Shown: positions 9,821-18,627 of the stretch, one piece after another
Layout: every line of letters begins with the position of its first letter
Numbering within the stretch: position 1 is the stretch's first letter
Origin: Trueperaceae bacterium
GTDB lineage: Bacteria; Deinococcota; Deinococci; Deinococcales; Trueperaceae
Assembly (NCBI GenBank): GCA_035306665.1
Contig: DATGNP010000071.1
Location: forward strand, 1 to 50,194
DNA length: 50,194 nucleotides
Direction of reading: 5' to 3'
The notes under the pieces: model-generated
The model's database searches: none
What the model was told of the DNA's origin: nothing
What the model saw: the letters and a program-made list of their open reading frames with translations, nothing else
Made by a program: the position numbers and the translations under genes

Positions 9821-10698
9821 GCGGCAGCGCGCGGATCAGGCGCCAGCTCGAGAGCGCCGAGGGCCTGAGCGGGGTCGTGGGCACCATGAAGAGCCTCGCG
9901 TCGGTGCGCGTGAGCCAGTACCGCCGGACGATGCGCGCCCTCGACGCCTCGACGCGCACGCTCGACCACGCCGCCCGGGCGCTGCTGCACCTCCACCCCG
10001 AGCTGGCCGAGCCCGAGGACCCGAGGCAGGAGTCCGGCGCGGCCGTCGTCGTGTTCGGCTCCGACAGGGGGCTGTGCGGCCCGTTCAACGACCGCATGGC
10101 GCGCTACGCCGCCCGCGAGCTGGCCGCCGGGCGCGGCGGTCACGAGGCGGAGGTCGTCGCGGTCGGCAGGCGCCTCGCCAGCCGGCTGCGCGCCGCCGGG
10201 GTCGAACCGCGCGTGCAACTCCCGGCGCCCAGCTCCCTCGACGCCCTCGACGTCGCCGTGGCCGAGCTGCTCGGGCTCGTGACCGCGTGGCGCGACGAGG
10301 GCCGCGCCGCCCGCCTCCTGCTCCTCTACTCCCGCCCGGCGGGCGCGACGAGCTTCGCGCCGCGCACCGTCCAGGTGCTGCCGATCGACGCCGACTGGCT
10401 CAGGCAGCTGCGCGAGAAGCCGTGGCCTTCGCGGCGGGTGCCGATGCAGCTCTCGGACCCGCGGCGCCTGGTCGCCGGCGTGATCCGCCAGCGCATGGCG
10501 CTGTCGTTCGTCAAGGCGTTCGGCTCGTCCCTGGCGGCGGAGAACGCGGCCCGGCTGGCGGCGATGGAGGCGGCGTCGCGCAACATCGAGGAGCTGCTCG
10601 AGCAGCTCCGCACCGCGTACCACACGGCCCGGCAGGCCGCGGTCACCGAGGAGCTCCTCGACATCCAGGCCGCCGCCGCGGCGCTGGAGGGGTCCTGA
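9817..10698 (+). CDS. atpG: ATP synthase gamma subunit
   Basis: GTGA overlap with the atpA stop. The N-terminus IRRQLESAEGLSGVVGTMKSLASVR and the C-terminus ENAARLAAMEAASRNIEELL ... ITEELLDI follow the gamma pattern. Confidence 0.85.
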   Translation: MSGSARIRRQLESAEGLSGVVGTMKSLASVRVSQYRRTMRALDASTRTLDHAARALLHLHPELAEPEDPRQESGAAVVVFGSDRGLCGPFNDRMARYAARELAAGRGGHEAEVVAVGRRLASRLRAAGVEPRVQLPAPSSLDALDVAVAELLGLVTAWRDEGRAARLLLLYSRPAGATSFAPRTVQVLPIDADWLRQLREKPWPSRRVPMQLSDPRRLVAGVIRQRMALSFVKAFGSSLAAENAARLAAMEAASRNIEELLEQLRTAYHTARQAAVTEELLDIQAAAAALEGS

Positions 10699-10732
10699 AG
10701 GGCGCGTGCGGTCCCGGCGGCCCGGCACGCCC

Positions 10733-11716
10733 TCAGCGCGTGCGTCCGGAGTCGGGGTCGACCATCAGCGACGAGACGTCGACGGCCTCGAAGTCGGCGC
10801 CGGTGACGCGCCTGAGGTCCCTGAGCGCGTCGTCGTCCCAGCGCTCGTCGGGGGCGCCCGAGAGGTACCACGCCGAGCCGTTGTCGGCCAGGACGATGCC
10901 GTAGCGCTTGAGCGCCGTGACGATCACGCGCGCCTCGTCCGAGAAGCCGGTGTCGTCGAAGTCGGCGCGCAGCCTGAAGCGCTGCCCCATGGGCGGGTAC
11001 TCGGGGCCCGTGAGGTCGGAAGCGTGGTGCCTGGCGGGCCAGACGTGCGCCGCTCGCGTCCGCGGCGCCGTGAAGCGCAGGGCGTGACCGATCTCGCCGG
11101 CCGCCACCTCGTCGTACCTGACGAGCCCGGGGAGGATGGGCAGGCCGGCGGCGTCGGCCGAGGTCCAGCCGTCGGGCCTGAGCTCGTACCCGCCGAGGTC
11201 GAACACGGCACCCGAGCCCGCCCGCCAGGAGCCGTCCGGCTGTTTGACGGCCGCGAACAGCTCGTAGAGCACGCAGGCCGACGCGTCGACGACCAGGACG
11301 TGCCTGTCGCCGCCGGCGGCGACGCCCCCCGGCGGGGCTCCCTCCACGGGCGCGTCGGGCGGCACGGGGTAGGGGCCGGGGTCGCTCTCGTCGGCCCAGG
11401 TGAAGCTCACCGCGACCCGTGGCTGCGAGCCGTCGACGACCGTGTAGGGGATGCCGATCGGCGCGCCCTCCCACAGGCCCGACCCGAAGTCGGGGTGGAC
11501 GGGACGGTCGGCGCCGATCGTCGCGACCCACGCCGCGGAGCTGGGGTGCACGGGCAGGTGGTCGACGCGGACGTTCCAGACGTGGTCGGCGGGGAACACG
11601 TCGCAGCCCGCCAGCGTGGGCGGCGGCCCGGCCGGGCCGCCGCGGGGCGCGGTGCCGCAGGCGACGAGGGCGAGCAGCGACGCCAACGCCGTACGGAGCC
11701 TACTCGGCGGTCTCAC
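10733..11716 (-). CDS. Hypothetical secreted lipoprotein
   Basis: Signal peptide with lipobox LLALVACG. The rest is a globular, Trp/Asp-rich domain with no motif I can name. GTG at 11716 sits 7 nt after AGGA and is preferred; GTG at 11722 is also in frame. Confidence 0.6.
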   Translation of the reverse strand: MRPPSRLRTALASLLALVACGTAPRGGPAGPPPTLAGCDVFPADHVWNVRVDHLPVHPSSAAWVATIGADRPVHPDFGSGLWEGAPIGIPYTVVDGSQPRVAVSFTWADESDPGPYPVPPDAPVEGAPPGGVAAGGDRHVLVVDASACVLYELFAAVKQPDGSWRAGSGAVFDLGGYELRPDGWTSADAAGLPILPGLVRYDEVAAGEIGHALRFTAPRTRAAHVWPARHHASDLTGPEYPPMGQRFRLRADFDDTGFSDEARVIVTALKRYGIVLADNGSAWYLSGAPDERWDDDALRDLRRVTGADFEAVDVSSLMVDPDSGRTR

Positions 11717-11788
11717 GCGCACATCCTAGGCGGCGCCCGCGCGTGCCCGCCGCGAGGCGAGTAATCCTGCCGTAAGAGCGCTCGGGGC

Positions 11789-13222
11789 ATGCTCCCCGTC
11801 GTGAGGAACATGCAGGCTCTGGTGGGCCCGCTCGCGGGGTCGCTGCTGGCGTTCCTCGTCTTCTGGCTGATCTACTCGACGCCGGATGCCGACCCCCGCC
11901 TGGCCGCGCCGCTGGCCCACTTCTGGGTCGTGTCGCTGACGTCGCTCCTGGCCGTCGCGGTCGCCGTCGTCGTGGGCGTGGCAGGCGCCAGGGCCGGCGA
12001 CTCCCGCGTCGTGTTCCTCGCCGGCGGCTTCGCGAGCATGGCGGGGTTCTTCGCCCTGCACGGGCTCTCCACGCCGTTCGTGCTCCTCGGCCCCAACGTC
12101 GTGACGCCGATCGCCTCGCAGCTCGCCATGATCGCGTTCGCCGCGTCGATGGTCGCCGCCGCCTACCTGCGTCCCTGCGAGGGACGCGGCTCCCTGGCGC
12201 GCACGCTGGCCGGCTGGGTCGGGGCGATCGTGCTGTTCGACGTCGTGCTCATGGCCCGGCCGGACCTGGCGCGCTTCGTGCCCGTCCACCTCGCGCCGCT
12301 GAAGCACGCGGTCGCCGTGGTCGTGATCGGCCTGCTGGCGCTTGCCGGCACGCGGTTCCTCGAGAGCTACCGCCTGGCGCGGTCGAGCATCCACCTCGTG
12401 ATGCTCCACGTCGTGGGCTGGGTGATGGTCGCCCAGCTGATCATGACCCTGGGCGAGACGTTCCGCCTGTCGTGGTGGCTCTACCACCTCGTGCTGCTGC
12501 TGGCCGTCACGCTCATGCTCGTGACGTTCGCGCGGCAGCTCCGCGCCGGGCAGCTCGGCTCCGACCTCAACGCGCTCCTCGACGACGACGCGGTGCGCCG
12601 CCTGGCCTACGGGCTGCGGCCCGAGGTGCGGGCGCTCGTCGTCGCGACCGAGGCGAAGGACCACTACACCGCCGGCCACATGCAGCGCGTCGCCGAGCTG
12701 GCCGTGCGCGTCGGCAAGCGCATGGGGCTGCAGGCCGAGGACCTCCGCGTGCTGGCGCAGGCCGGCGTGATCCACGACGTCGGCAAGATCGAGGTGCCGG
12801 ACGCGGTGCTCAACAAGCCCACGCGCCTCGAGCCGCACGAGCGCGACCTGATCGAGCAGCACCCCGCCAACGGCGAGCGCATCGGCCGGACCCTCGGTCT
12901 GCACCGGCTCGAGCTCGAGGTCATCAGGCACCATCACGAGCGCTGGGACGGCAGCGGCTACCCCGACAAGCTCGAGGGCGGGTCGATCCCGCTCCTCGCC
13001 CGCATCATGGCCGTGGCCGACGTCTACGACGCCCTCACGTCCGCGCGGGCCTACCGACCCGCCTGGACGCAGGAGGCGGCCCGCACCCTGCTGCAGCGCG
13101 AGGCCGGCACGTCGTTCGACCCGCGGGTCGTAGCGGCCACGCTCGAGGTGCTGCGCGGCGACGCCCAGCCGGTCGCGGCCAGGCAGCGCGACGTCAGGCT
13201 GACCCTGGCCGGCGCCGACTAG
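11789..13222 (+). CDS. HD-GYP domain phosphodiesterase (c-di-GMP type) with a polytopic membrane N-terminal domain
   Basis: The C-terminal half has HYTAGHMQRV, HDVGKIEVP and HHERWDGSGYP. The first 250 aa or so are predicted to form multiple TM helices. Confidence 0.85.
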   Translation: MLPVVRNMQALVGPLAGSLLAFLVFWLIYSTPDADPRLAAPLAHFWVVSLTSLLAVAVAVVVGVAGARAGDSRVVFLAGGFASMAGFFALHGLSTPFVLLGPNVVTPIASQLAMIAFAASMVAAAYLRPCEGRGSLARTLAGWVGAIVLFDVVLMARPDLARFVPVHLAPLKHAVAVVVIGLLALAGTRFLESYRLARSSIHLVMLHVVGWVMVAQLIMTLGETFRLSWWLYHLVLLLAVTLMLVTFARQLRAGQLGSDLNALLDDDAVRRLAYGLRPEVRALVVATEAKDHYTAGHMQRVAELAVRVGKRMGLQAEDLRVLAQAGVIHDVGKIEVPDAVLNKPTRLEPHERDLIEQHPANGERIGRTLGLHRLELEVIRHHHERWDGSGYPDKLEGGSIPLLARIMAVADVYDALTSARAYRPAWTQEAARTLLQREAGTSFDPRVVAATLEVLRGDAQPVAARQRDVRLTLAGAD

Positions 13223-13422
13223 CTCGGCTCGGCCCGGCCGCCGGCGCCGACCTCGCCCGGCGCCGCCTAGGTGCCCGGCTCGGTTGCCGAGTGGTAGCCT
13301 GCGCCTCCTGGCCGAGCGTCGCCTGACAGCGGCACCTCCGGGCGCCGCGGGGCCAGGCCGGGCGCTCCGCGCGCACGGACCTCCATCCCCATGGCCACGC
13401 GCGTCTCGGTAGGAAAGCTGGC

Positions 13423-14373
13423 ATGAACCTCGTCGTCGGTCTCCTCCTCGCCCTCGCCTCCGCCAGCGCCTTCGGCACCTCGGGCGCGCTGGCGAAGGGC
13501 CTCCTGACGGCGGGCTGGACGCCGGCCGCCGCCGTGACGTGGCGCGTGGCCGTGGGCGCGCTGGCGCTGCTCGTCCCGGCGGCGCTCGCCATGCGCCGCC
13601 GCTGGCACACGCTGCGCGCCGGCTGGAGGAGCGTGCTCCTCTTCGGCCTCGTGGCGGTCGCGGGCTGCCAGCTCACGTACTTCCTGGCCGTCGAGCGGCT
13701 CACGGTCGCCGTCGCGCTGCTGCTCGAGTACTGCGGCGTCCTCCTCGTCGTCCTGTGGCACTGGCTGCGGCGCGGGCGCCGGCCCCGTCCCCTGACCCTC
13801 ATCGGCACGGCGCTGGCCCTGGTGGGCCTGGCGCTGGTCCTCGACGTGTTCGGGCCCGTGCGGGTCGACCCCCTGGGGGTGATGTGGGGCCTCATCGCCG
13901 CCGCGGGCCTGGCCACGTACTTCGTCGTGTCGGAGGACGAGAGCCACGGCATGCCACCCCTCGCCCTCGCCACCGGCGGCCTCGCCATCGGGGCGCTGGT
14001 GCTGCTGCTCGCCGGCGGCGTCGGGCTCCTCGAGACGACGTGGGTGGCGACCGACGTCGAGCTCGCCGGCCGCGTCGTGCCGTGGTGGGTGACGGTGCTG
14101 GCGCTGGGGCTGTTCGCGGCCGCCTTCGCCTACGCCACGGGGATCGCCAGCGTGCGCCGCCTCGGCTCGAAGCTGGCCTCGTTCGTCGGCCTCTCCGAGG
14201 TCCTCTTCGCCGTCGCCTGGGCGTGGCTGCTGCTGGGCGAGGCCCCGGCGCCCGTGCAGCTCGCCGGCGGCGTGCTGGTGCTGGCCGGCGTGTTCGTCGT
14301 CAGGCTCGACGAGGAGCCGAAGGGCGAGGCCGGGACCGTCCCGGTGGAGGCCCTGGGCACGCCGGGCGACTGA
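13423..14373 (+). CDS. EamA/DMT family transporter
   Basis: Ten-TM-like hydrophobic profile with two repeated halves, and a typical GEAPAPVQLAGGVLVLAGVFVV C-terminal helix. Confidence 0.8.
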   Translation: MNLVVGLLLALASASAFGTSGALAKGLLTAGWTPAAAVTWRVAVGALALLVPAALAMRRRWHTLRAGWRSVLLFGLVAVAGCQLTYFLAVERLTVAVALLLEYCGVLLVVLWHWLRRGRRPRPLTLIGTALALVGLALVLDVFGPVRVDPLGVMWGLIAAAGLATYFVVSEDESHGMPPLALATGGLAIGALVLLLAGGVGLLETTWVATDVELAGRVVPWWVTVLALGLFAAAFAYATGIASVRRLGSKLASFVGLSEVLFAVAWAWLLLGEAPAPVQLAGGVLVLAGVFVVRLDEEPKGEAGTVPVEALGTPGD

Positions 14374-14379
14374 GCCGGC

Positions 14380-15363
14380 TCACGCCAACCCGAGCCAGCG
14401 CAGCACGTCCCAGCCGTGCGCCTCGAACGCCGCGTCGGCGTGCTCCCGCGCCCACACGACGGTCGTGAGGCCGCCCAGCGCGGCGACCCGCCGCAGCGTC
14501 TCCTCCTCGTCGGCCGTCAGGTCGCGGCCGTAGCCGGCGAGGAAAGCCTCCCGGAGCGCCGGTTCGCGGCGCCACTCGCCGACCCAGAGCCGCTCGAGGT
14601 CGGCGACGCCCAGGTCGGGGCGGGCGTGCTCGAAGTCGAGCACGACCAGCTCGCCGCCCTCCCGCGCCAGCCAGTTGCGCGGCGTGTAGTCGCGGTGGCA
14701 GCGGACGCGCGACAGCGTCGCCAAGGCCGGGAGCGCCTCGGTGAGGGCGGCGCCGACATCGGCGACGACGGCGTCCGGCACCACGCCGCGCGCGCGCTCC
14801 GACCAGGCGGCCAGGCGCCGGGCGTAAGCCTCGTCGAGCGGCACGGGGTCCGGGTCCGCGAAGGGCAGGTCGTGGAGAGCGCGCAGGAACGCCCCGGCGC
14901 GGGCGCGCAGGTCGTGCGCCGCGGGCCCCGACGGCTCGAGGTCCGCCACTAGCGCGCCCCGCTCCCACGTCAGCACGACCCCGCGCGGGTGCTCATCCCG
15001 GTGGGCCAGCAGGCGCGGGGTCCCGATGCCGGGCGGGAAGGCGCGGCGTACCTCCGGGGCGCCAGCCTCGCCGGTGGGGAGGGTCCCGGCGGCGCCCGCG
15101 TCGGCGGGCTCGAGCAGCGGCAGCCACTCGCGGTAGGCGGTCAGCTCCTGCGCGAACTTGCGTCGCTGCCGATGCCCCTTCAGCGCGACGACGCCCGCCG
15201 GCCCCGCCACGCGCCACACCGCCGACTCGCCGTGGTCCCAGGAGAGGTCGGCGACCGCGGTCGGGGCGCCTACGTGCGCCGCGGCGAGGACGAGGAGCTC
15301 GCGCGGCGGCGTCCCTCGCCCGGACCTGGTCGACCCGCTCGACACGGCCGGCCAAGCTAGCAC
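14380..15363 (-). CDS. Phosphotransferase (APH / choline kinase-like) family protein
   Basis: Catalytic-loop pattern CHRDYTPRNWL followed by VVLDFEHARPD. The start is GTG. Confidence 0.75.
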   Translation of the reverse strand: MLAWPAVSSGSTRSGRGTPPRELLVLAAAHVGAPTAVADLSWDHGESAVWRVAGPAGVVALKGHRQRRKFAQELTAYREWLPLLEPADAGAAGTLPTGEAGAPEVRRAFPPGIGTPRLLAHRDEHPRGVVLTWERGALVADLEPSGPAAHDLRARAGAFLRALHDLPFADPDPVPLDEAYARRLAAWSERARGVVPDAVVADVGAALTEALPALATLSRVRCHRDYTPRNWLAREGGELVVLDFEHARPDLGVADLERLWVGEWRREPALREAFLAGYGRDLTADEEETLRRVAALGGLTTVVWAREHADAAFEAHGWDVLRWLGLA

Positions 15364-15388
15364 GCGCCGCCGCGGTCAGGCGGCTACC

Positions 15389-16594
15389 TCAGCGGGCGGC
15401 CGCGGCGGCGCGTTCCGGAGGCGCGGCCGGCCAGCCGGCCGGCGGACCCAGGTAGCTGGCGTCTAGGTCGTGGACCGAGGGGCAGCCGAGGAGCTTGAGC
15501 GTGCGCTCGAGCTCGGTGCGCAGGATGTCGATCGCCTTGGCGACGCCCTCGCGCCCGGCGGCGCCGAGACCGTAGGCGTAGGCGCGGCCCACCAGGACGG
15601 CCCTGGCGCCCAGCGCCAGCGCCTTGGCGACGTCGCCACCGCGCCTGACCCCGCCGTCCAGCAGGACCTCGACACGGTCCCCGACGGCGGCGACGACCTC
15701 GGGCAGGACCCGCAACGTGGCCGCCACGCCGTCGAGCTGCCTCCCGCCGTGGTTGGACACGACGACGGCGCTGGCGCCGACGTCGACGGCGCGCCTGGCG
15801 TCGTCGGCGGTGTGCACGCCCTTCACGACGATCGGGCCGTCCCAGGCCTCGGCGATCCAGGCGACGTCGTCCCAGGACACCGCCGCGGCGGCGAGCTGGG
15901 CGCCGATGTCGGCGTACGGCATCGGGCCCTCGGGCAGCAGGATGTTCGGGAAGTCCATGGGGAAGCCGTCGCGCCAGAAGTCGAGGACCCACCCAGGCTT
16001 GACGAGCACCTGGGGCAGGAAGGGCACGACGTCGGGGAAGCGCCTGGCGATCAGCTGCGCCGAGCCGTTGCGCACGTCGCGCTCGCGCATGCCGGCGACG
16101 GGGGTGTCGATCGTCACGACCAGCGCCGAGTAGCCGCAGGCCTTCGCCCGCGCGACCGCTTCGAGCCCCACCTCGCGCCCGCCGCAGAGGTAGAGCTGGT
16201 ACCAGCACGGCCCCGAGCTCGCCTCCCTGACCTCCTCCATGCGCGTGCCGGACAGCGTGGAGAGGGTGTAGACGGTGCCCGCCTCGCCCGCCGCAGCGGC
16301 CGCCTGGGCCTCGCCGCGCGGCCAGAACATGCGGCTCGAGCCCACCGGCGCGAGGATCACGGGTAGCGACAGCTCGTGGCCGAGCACGGTGGTCCGCAGG
16401 TCGACCTCGGGGTGCACCACCGCCGAGCGCGGGCGCCAGGTCAGCTCCGCGAAGGCGGCCTCGTTGGCGCGCAGGGTGCGCTCGTCCTCCGCGCCGCCGT
16501 CGATGTAGTCGAACACCATCCGCGGCAGCCGGCGCCGCGCGAGCCTACGCAGGTCGGCGACGCTGACGACGGTCGGTCCCAGTCTCGGCAACAC
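15389..16594 (-). CDS. FMN-dependent alpha-hydroxy acid dehydrogenase/oxidase (L-lactate dehydrogenase/glycolate oxidase family)
   Basis: FDYIDGGAEDERTLRAN, then VVSNHGGRQLDG, then LDGGVRRGGDVAKALALGA. The start is GTG. Confidence 0.85.
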   Translation of the reverse strand: MLPRLGPTVVSVADLRRLARRRLPRMVFDYIDGGAEDERTLRANEAAFAELTWRPRSAVVHPEVDLRTTVLGHELSLPVILAPVGSSRMFWPRGEAQAAAAAGEAGTVYTLSTLSGTRMEEVREASSGPCWYQLYLCGGREVGLEAVARAKACGYSALVVTIDTPVAGMRERDVRNGSAQLIARRFPDVVPFLPQVLVKPGWVLDFWRDGFPMDFPNILLPEGPMPYADIGAQLAAAAVSWDDVAWIAEAWDGPIVVKGVHTADDARRAVDVGASAVVVSNHGGRQLDGVAATLRVLPEVVAAVGDRVEVLLDGGVRRGGDVAKALALGARAVLVGRAYAYGLGAAGREGVAKAIDILRTELERTLKLLGCPSVHDLDASYLGPPAGWPAAPPERAAAAAR

Positions 16595-16628
16595 GGCGAG
16601 TATAGCCGCGAGGCGTTACGCTCCGCCG

Positions 16629-17870
16629 GTGCTAACGGTCCCCCGCCTCGACGCCCGCACGGCCCGCCGCGTCAGCGACCGGCACGGACTGGCGGCGGCG
16701 CGGGCCCTGGTCCTCGCCCACGGCTGGAACTCGACGTCGCACCAGGTGCTCGACCCGGGGATGCTGCTCTGGTTCAGCGGGGCCGGCGACGCCGTCGTCG
16801 GCTACGTCAGGGCGGCGGGGTTCAGGGTCGTGGCCGGCGCGCCCGTCGCGCCCGGCGAGCGGCTCGCGGCCGTCGCGGCAGAGTTCGAGGCCGACGCCCG
16901 CCGAGCCGGCGAGCGTGTCTGTTACTTCGCCGTCGAGGAGCGCTTCGCCGCCGCGCTGGGAGCCGGCCGGGGAGAGCCCGGCGGGGGTGGTGCGGGGCCG
17001 GCCCATGCCGGGGGCGCGCCTCCCGCCCGCCGTCACGCCCGGCACCTCATCGGCCTCCAGCCGGTGTGGGAGGCGGCCGCGTGGTCGCGGCGGTTCGACG
17101 CCAAGGCGTCGCTGCGGGCGCAGCGCAACCGGGCGGCGAACAAGGGGATCACCGTGGCCGCGGCGCCGGCGACCGCCGAGGGATCGCCCGAGCTGCGCGC
17201 GTGTCACGCGGCGTGGCTGCGCGCCAAGCGCCTGCCGCGGCTGGGCTTCCTGGCGCACTCGGACTCCGCCCGCGCCGACCCGCGCGTGCTGCGCGACCGC
17301 CGCCTGTTCGTCGCGCGGCACGGCGGGACCGGCGCGGCCGCCGGCCGGGTCGCGGCCTACCTCGCGGCGTGCCCGGTGCCGAAGCGCCGCGGCTGGCTCG
17401 TCGAGAAGGTCGTGCGCGACCCCGCAGCGCCCAACGGCTCCTGCGAGCTGCTGCTAGACGCCGCCCTGCGTGCCCTCTCCGCCGAGGCCGACCGGTTCAC
17501 CCTCGGGCTCGCGCCGCTGGCGCCCACGGCGGCGCGGCCGCGCGGGCCGGGGCCCCGCGACGGCGGCGGGCCGGTGGACGGCGACCGCGCGGGGCAGGGG
17601 ACGCGCGGCCGCCGCGAGCCGGAGGCCGCCACCGGGCACGCACCCGATGACGTCGCCCGCCACGCGACCGAGGCCCCGCCGCGGTGGCTGAGCCGGGTGG
17701 AGGCGCTCGCCGTCCGCTACGGCCGAGGGCTCTACGACCTCGCCGGCCTGCACGCCTTCAAGGGCAAGTTCGAGCCCGACGCGTGGGAGCCCGTCTACCT
17801 CCTCAGCGCCGAGCCGCGGCTCACGCCGCGCGCGGTCCTGGCCGTGGGCGCCGCGTTCCTCGCCGCCTGA
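16629..17870 (+). CDS. DUF2156 (aminoacyl-phosphatidylglycerol synthase C-terminal domain-like) protein, stand-alone
   Basis: Family-like blocks are present: HGWNSTSHQVLDPGMLLWF, SLRAQRNRAANKGITV, FLAHSD, GLHAFKGKFEPDAWEPVYL. There is no membrane flippase domain. Two Gly/Pro/Arg-rich inserts are present. Confidence 0.65.
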   Translation: MLTVPRLDARTARRVSDRHGLAAARALVLAHGWNSTSHQVLDPGMLLWFSGAGDAVVGYVRAAGFRVVAGAPVAPGERLAAVAAEFEADARRAGERVCYFAVEERFAAALGAGRGEPGGGGAGPAHAGGAPPARRHARHLIGLQPVWEAAAWSRRFDAKASLRAQRNRAANKGITVAAAPATAEGSPELRACHAAWLRAKRLPRLGFLAHSDSARADPRVLRDRRLFVARHGGTGAAAGRVAAYLAACPVPKRRGWLVEKVVRDPAAPNGSCELLLDAALRALSAEADRFTLGLAPLAPTAARPRGPGPRDGGGPVDGDRAGQGTRGRREPEAATGHAPDDVARHATEAPPRWLSRVEALAVRYGRGLYDLAGLHAFKGKFEPDAWEPVYLLSAEPRLTPRAVLAVGAAFLAA

Positions 17871-17939
17871 CCGGGCCGGGCGTCACGCCGGGGCGCCCCG
17901 GTCAGGCGGGGCTCGCCACCCGGCGGGCTCGCACCTGCG

Positions 17940-18509
17940 CTACGCCGTCTGCCCGGCGTGCACGCCCTCGGCGACCTCCTCGACGAGCTTGCGGGTGAAG
18001 GCAGGCAGGTCGGCGGGCTTGCGGCTCGTGACCAGACCCTGGTCGACGACGACCTCCTGGTCGAGCCACTCGCCGCCGGCGTTCTGGATGTCGGTCCGGA
18101 GGCTCGGGTACGAGGTGAGCTGGCGACCCTCGACGACACCCGCCTCGACCAGCACCCACGGCCCGTGGCAGATCGCCGCGACCGGCTTGCCCGCCTCGAA
18201 GAACGAGCGCACGAACCTCACGACGTCGTCGTTCAGGCGCAGCCTGTCGGCGCCCACGGTCCCGCCCGGTATGACGACCGCGTCGTAGTCGCTCTCCCTC
18301 GCGTCCGGGTAGGCGACGTCGACGTCGTACTCGCTGCCGGGCTCGAGGTCGTGGTTGTTCGTCCTCGCCTTGCCCTCCGGCGGGCCGACGATCACGGTCT
18401 CCGCCCCGGCCTCCAGCACGGCGCGCATCGGCTCGACGAGCTCGATGTCCTCGGTGCCCTTGTCGGCGATCAGGAACGCCACCTTCTTGCCTCTCAGGTC
18501 AGCCGCCAT
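17940..18509 (-). CDS. DJ-1/PfpI family protein (type 1 glutamine amidotransferase-like)
   Basis: KKVAFLIADKGTEDIEL, the nucleophile elbow AAICHGPW, and the C-terminal KPADLPAF. A GGAGGTGGGAC sequence precedes the ATG. Confidence 0.85.
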   Translation of the reverse strand: MAADLRGKKVAFLIADKGTEDIELVEPMRAVLEAGAETVIVGPPEGKARTNNHDLEPGSEYDVDVAYPDARESDYDAVVIPGGTVGADRLRLNDDVVRFVRSFFEAGKPVAAICHGPWVLVEAGVVEGRQLTSYPSLRTDIQNAGGEWLDQEVVVDQGLVTSRKPADLPAFTRKLVEEVAEGVHAGQTA

Positions 18510-18627
18510 GTCCCACCTCCGTGGCCGCTGAAGCTAGGGGCGGCCGCGATGAGGAGGGTGGCAGGAGAGCGTGCCCAGGTGAGGGCGCGGGCGCTGCGGT
18601 AAGTGCCCCGCCCGAACGCGCGGACGT

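Noticed and set aside
10699-10733. A bidirectional terminator hairpin between atpG and the convergent lipoprotein gene.
   Set aside because: Only a 6-bp outer stem (AGGGCG/CGCCCT) with imperfect interior pairing can be drawn, and there is no U-tract. This is too weak to call.
13268-13335. A tRNA-like string (GGTTGCCGAGTGGTAGCC), reminiscent of a Ser/Leu tRNA D-arm, in the HD-GYP/EamA spacer.
   Set aside because: No acceptor stem, anticodon arm or T-loop (GTTCRANYC) can be built around it. It reads better as a small CTCGG-ttg-CCGAG hairpin.
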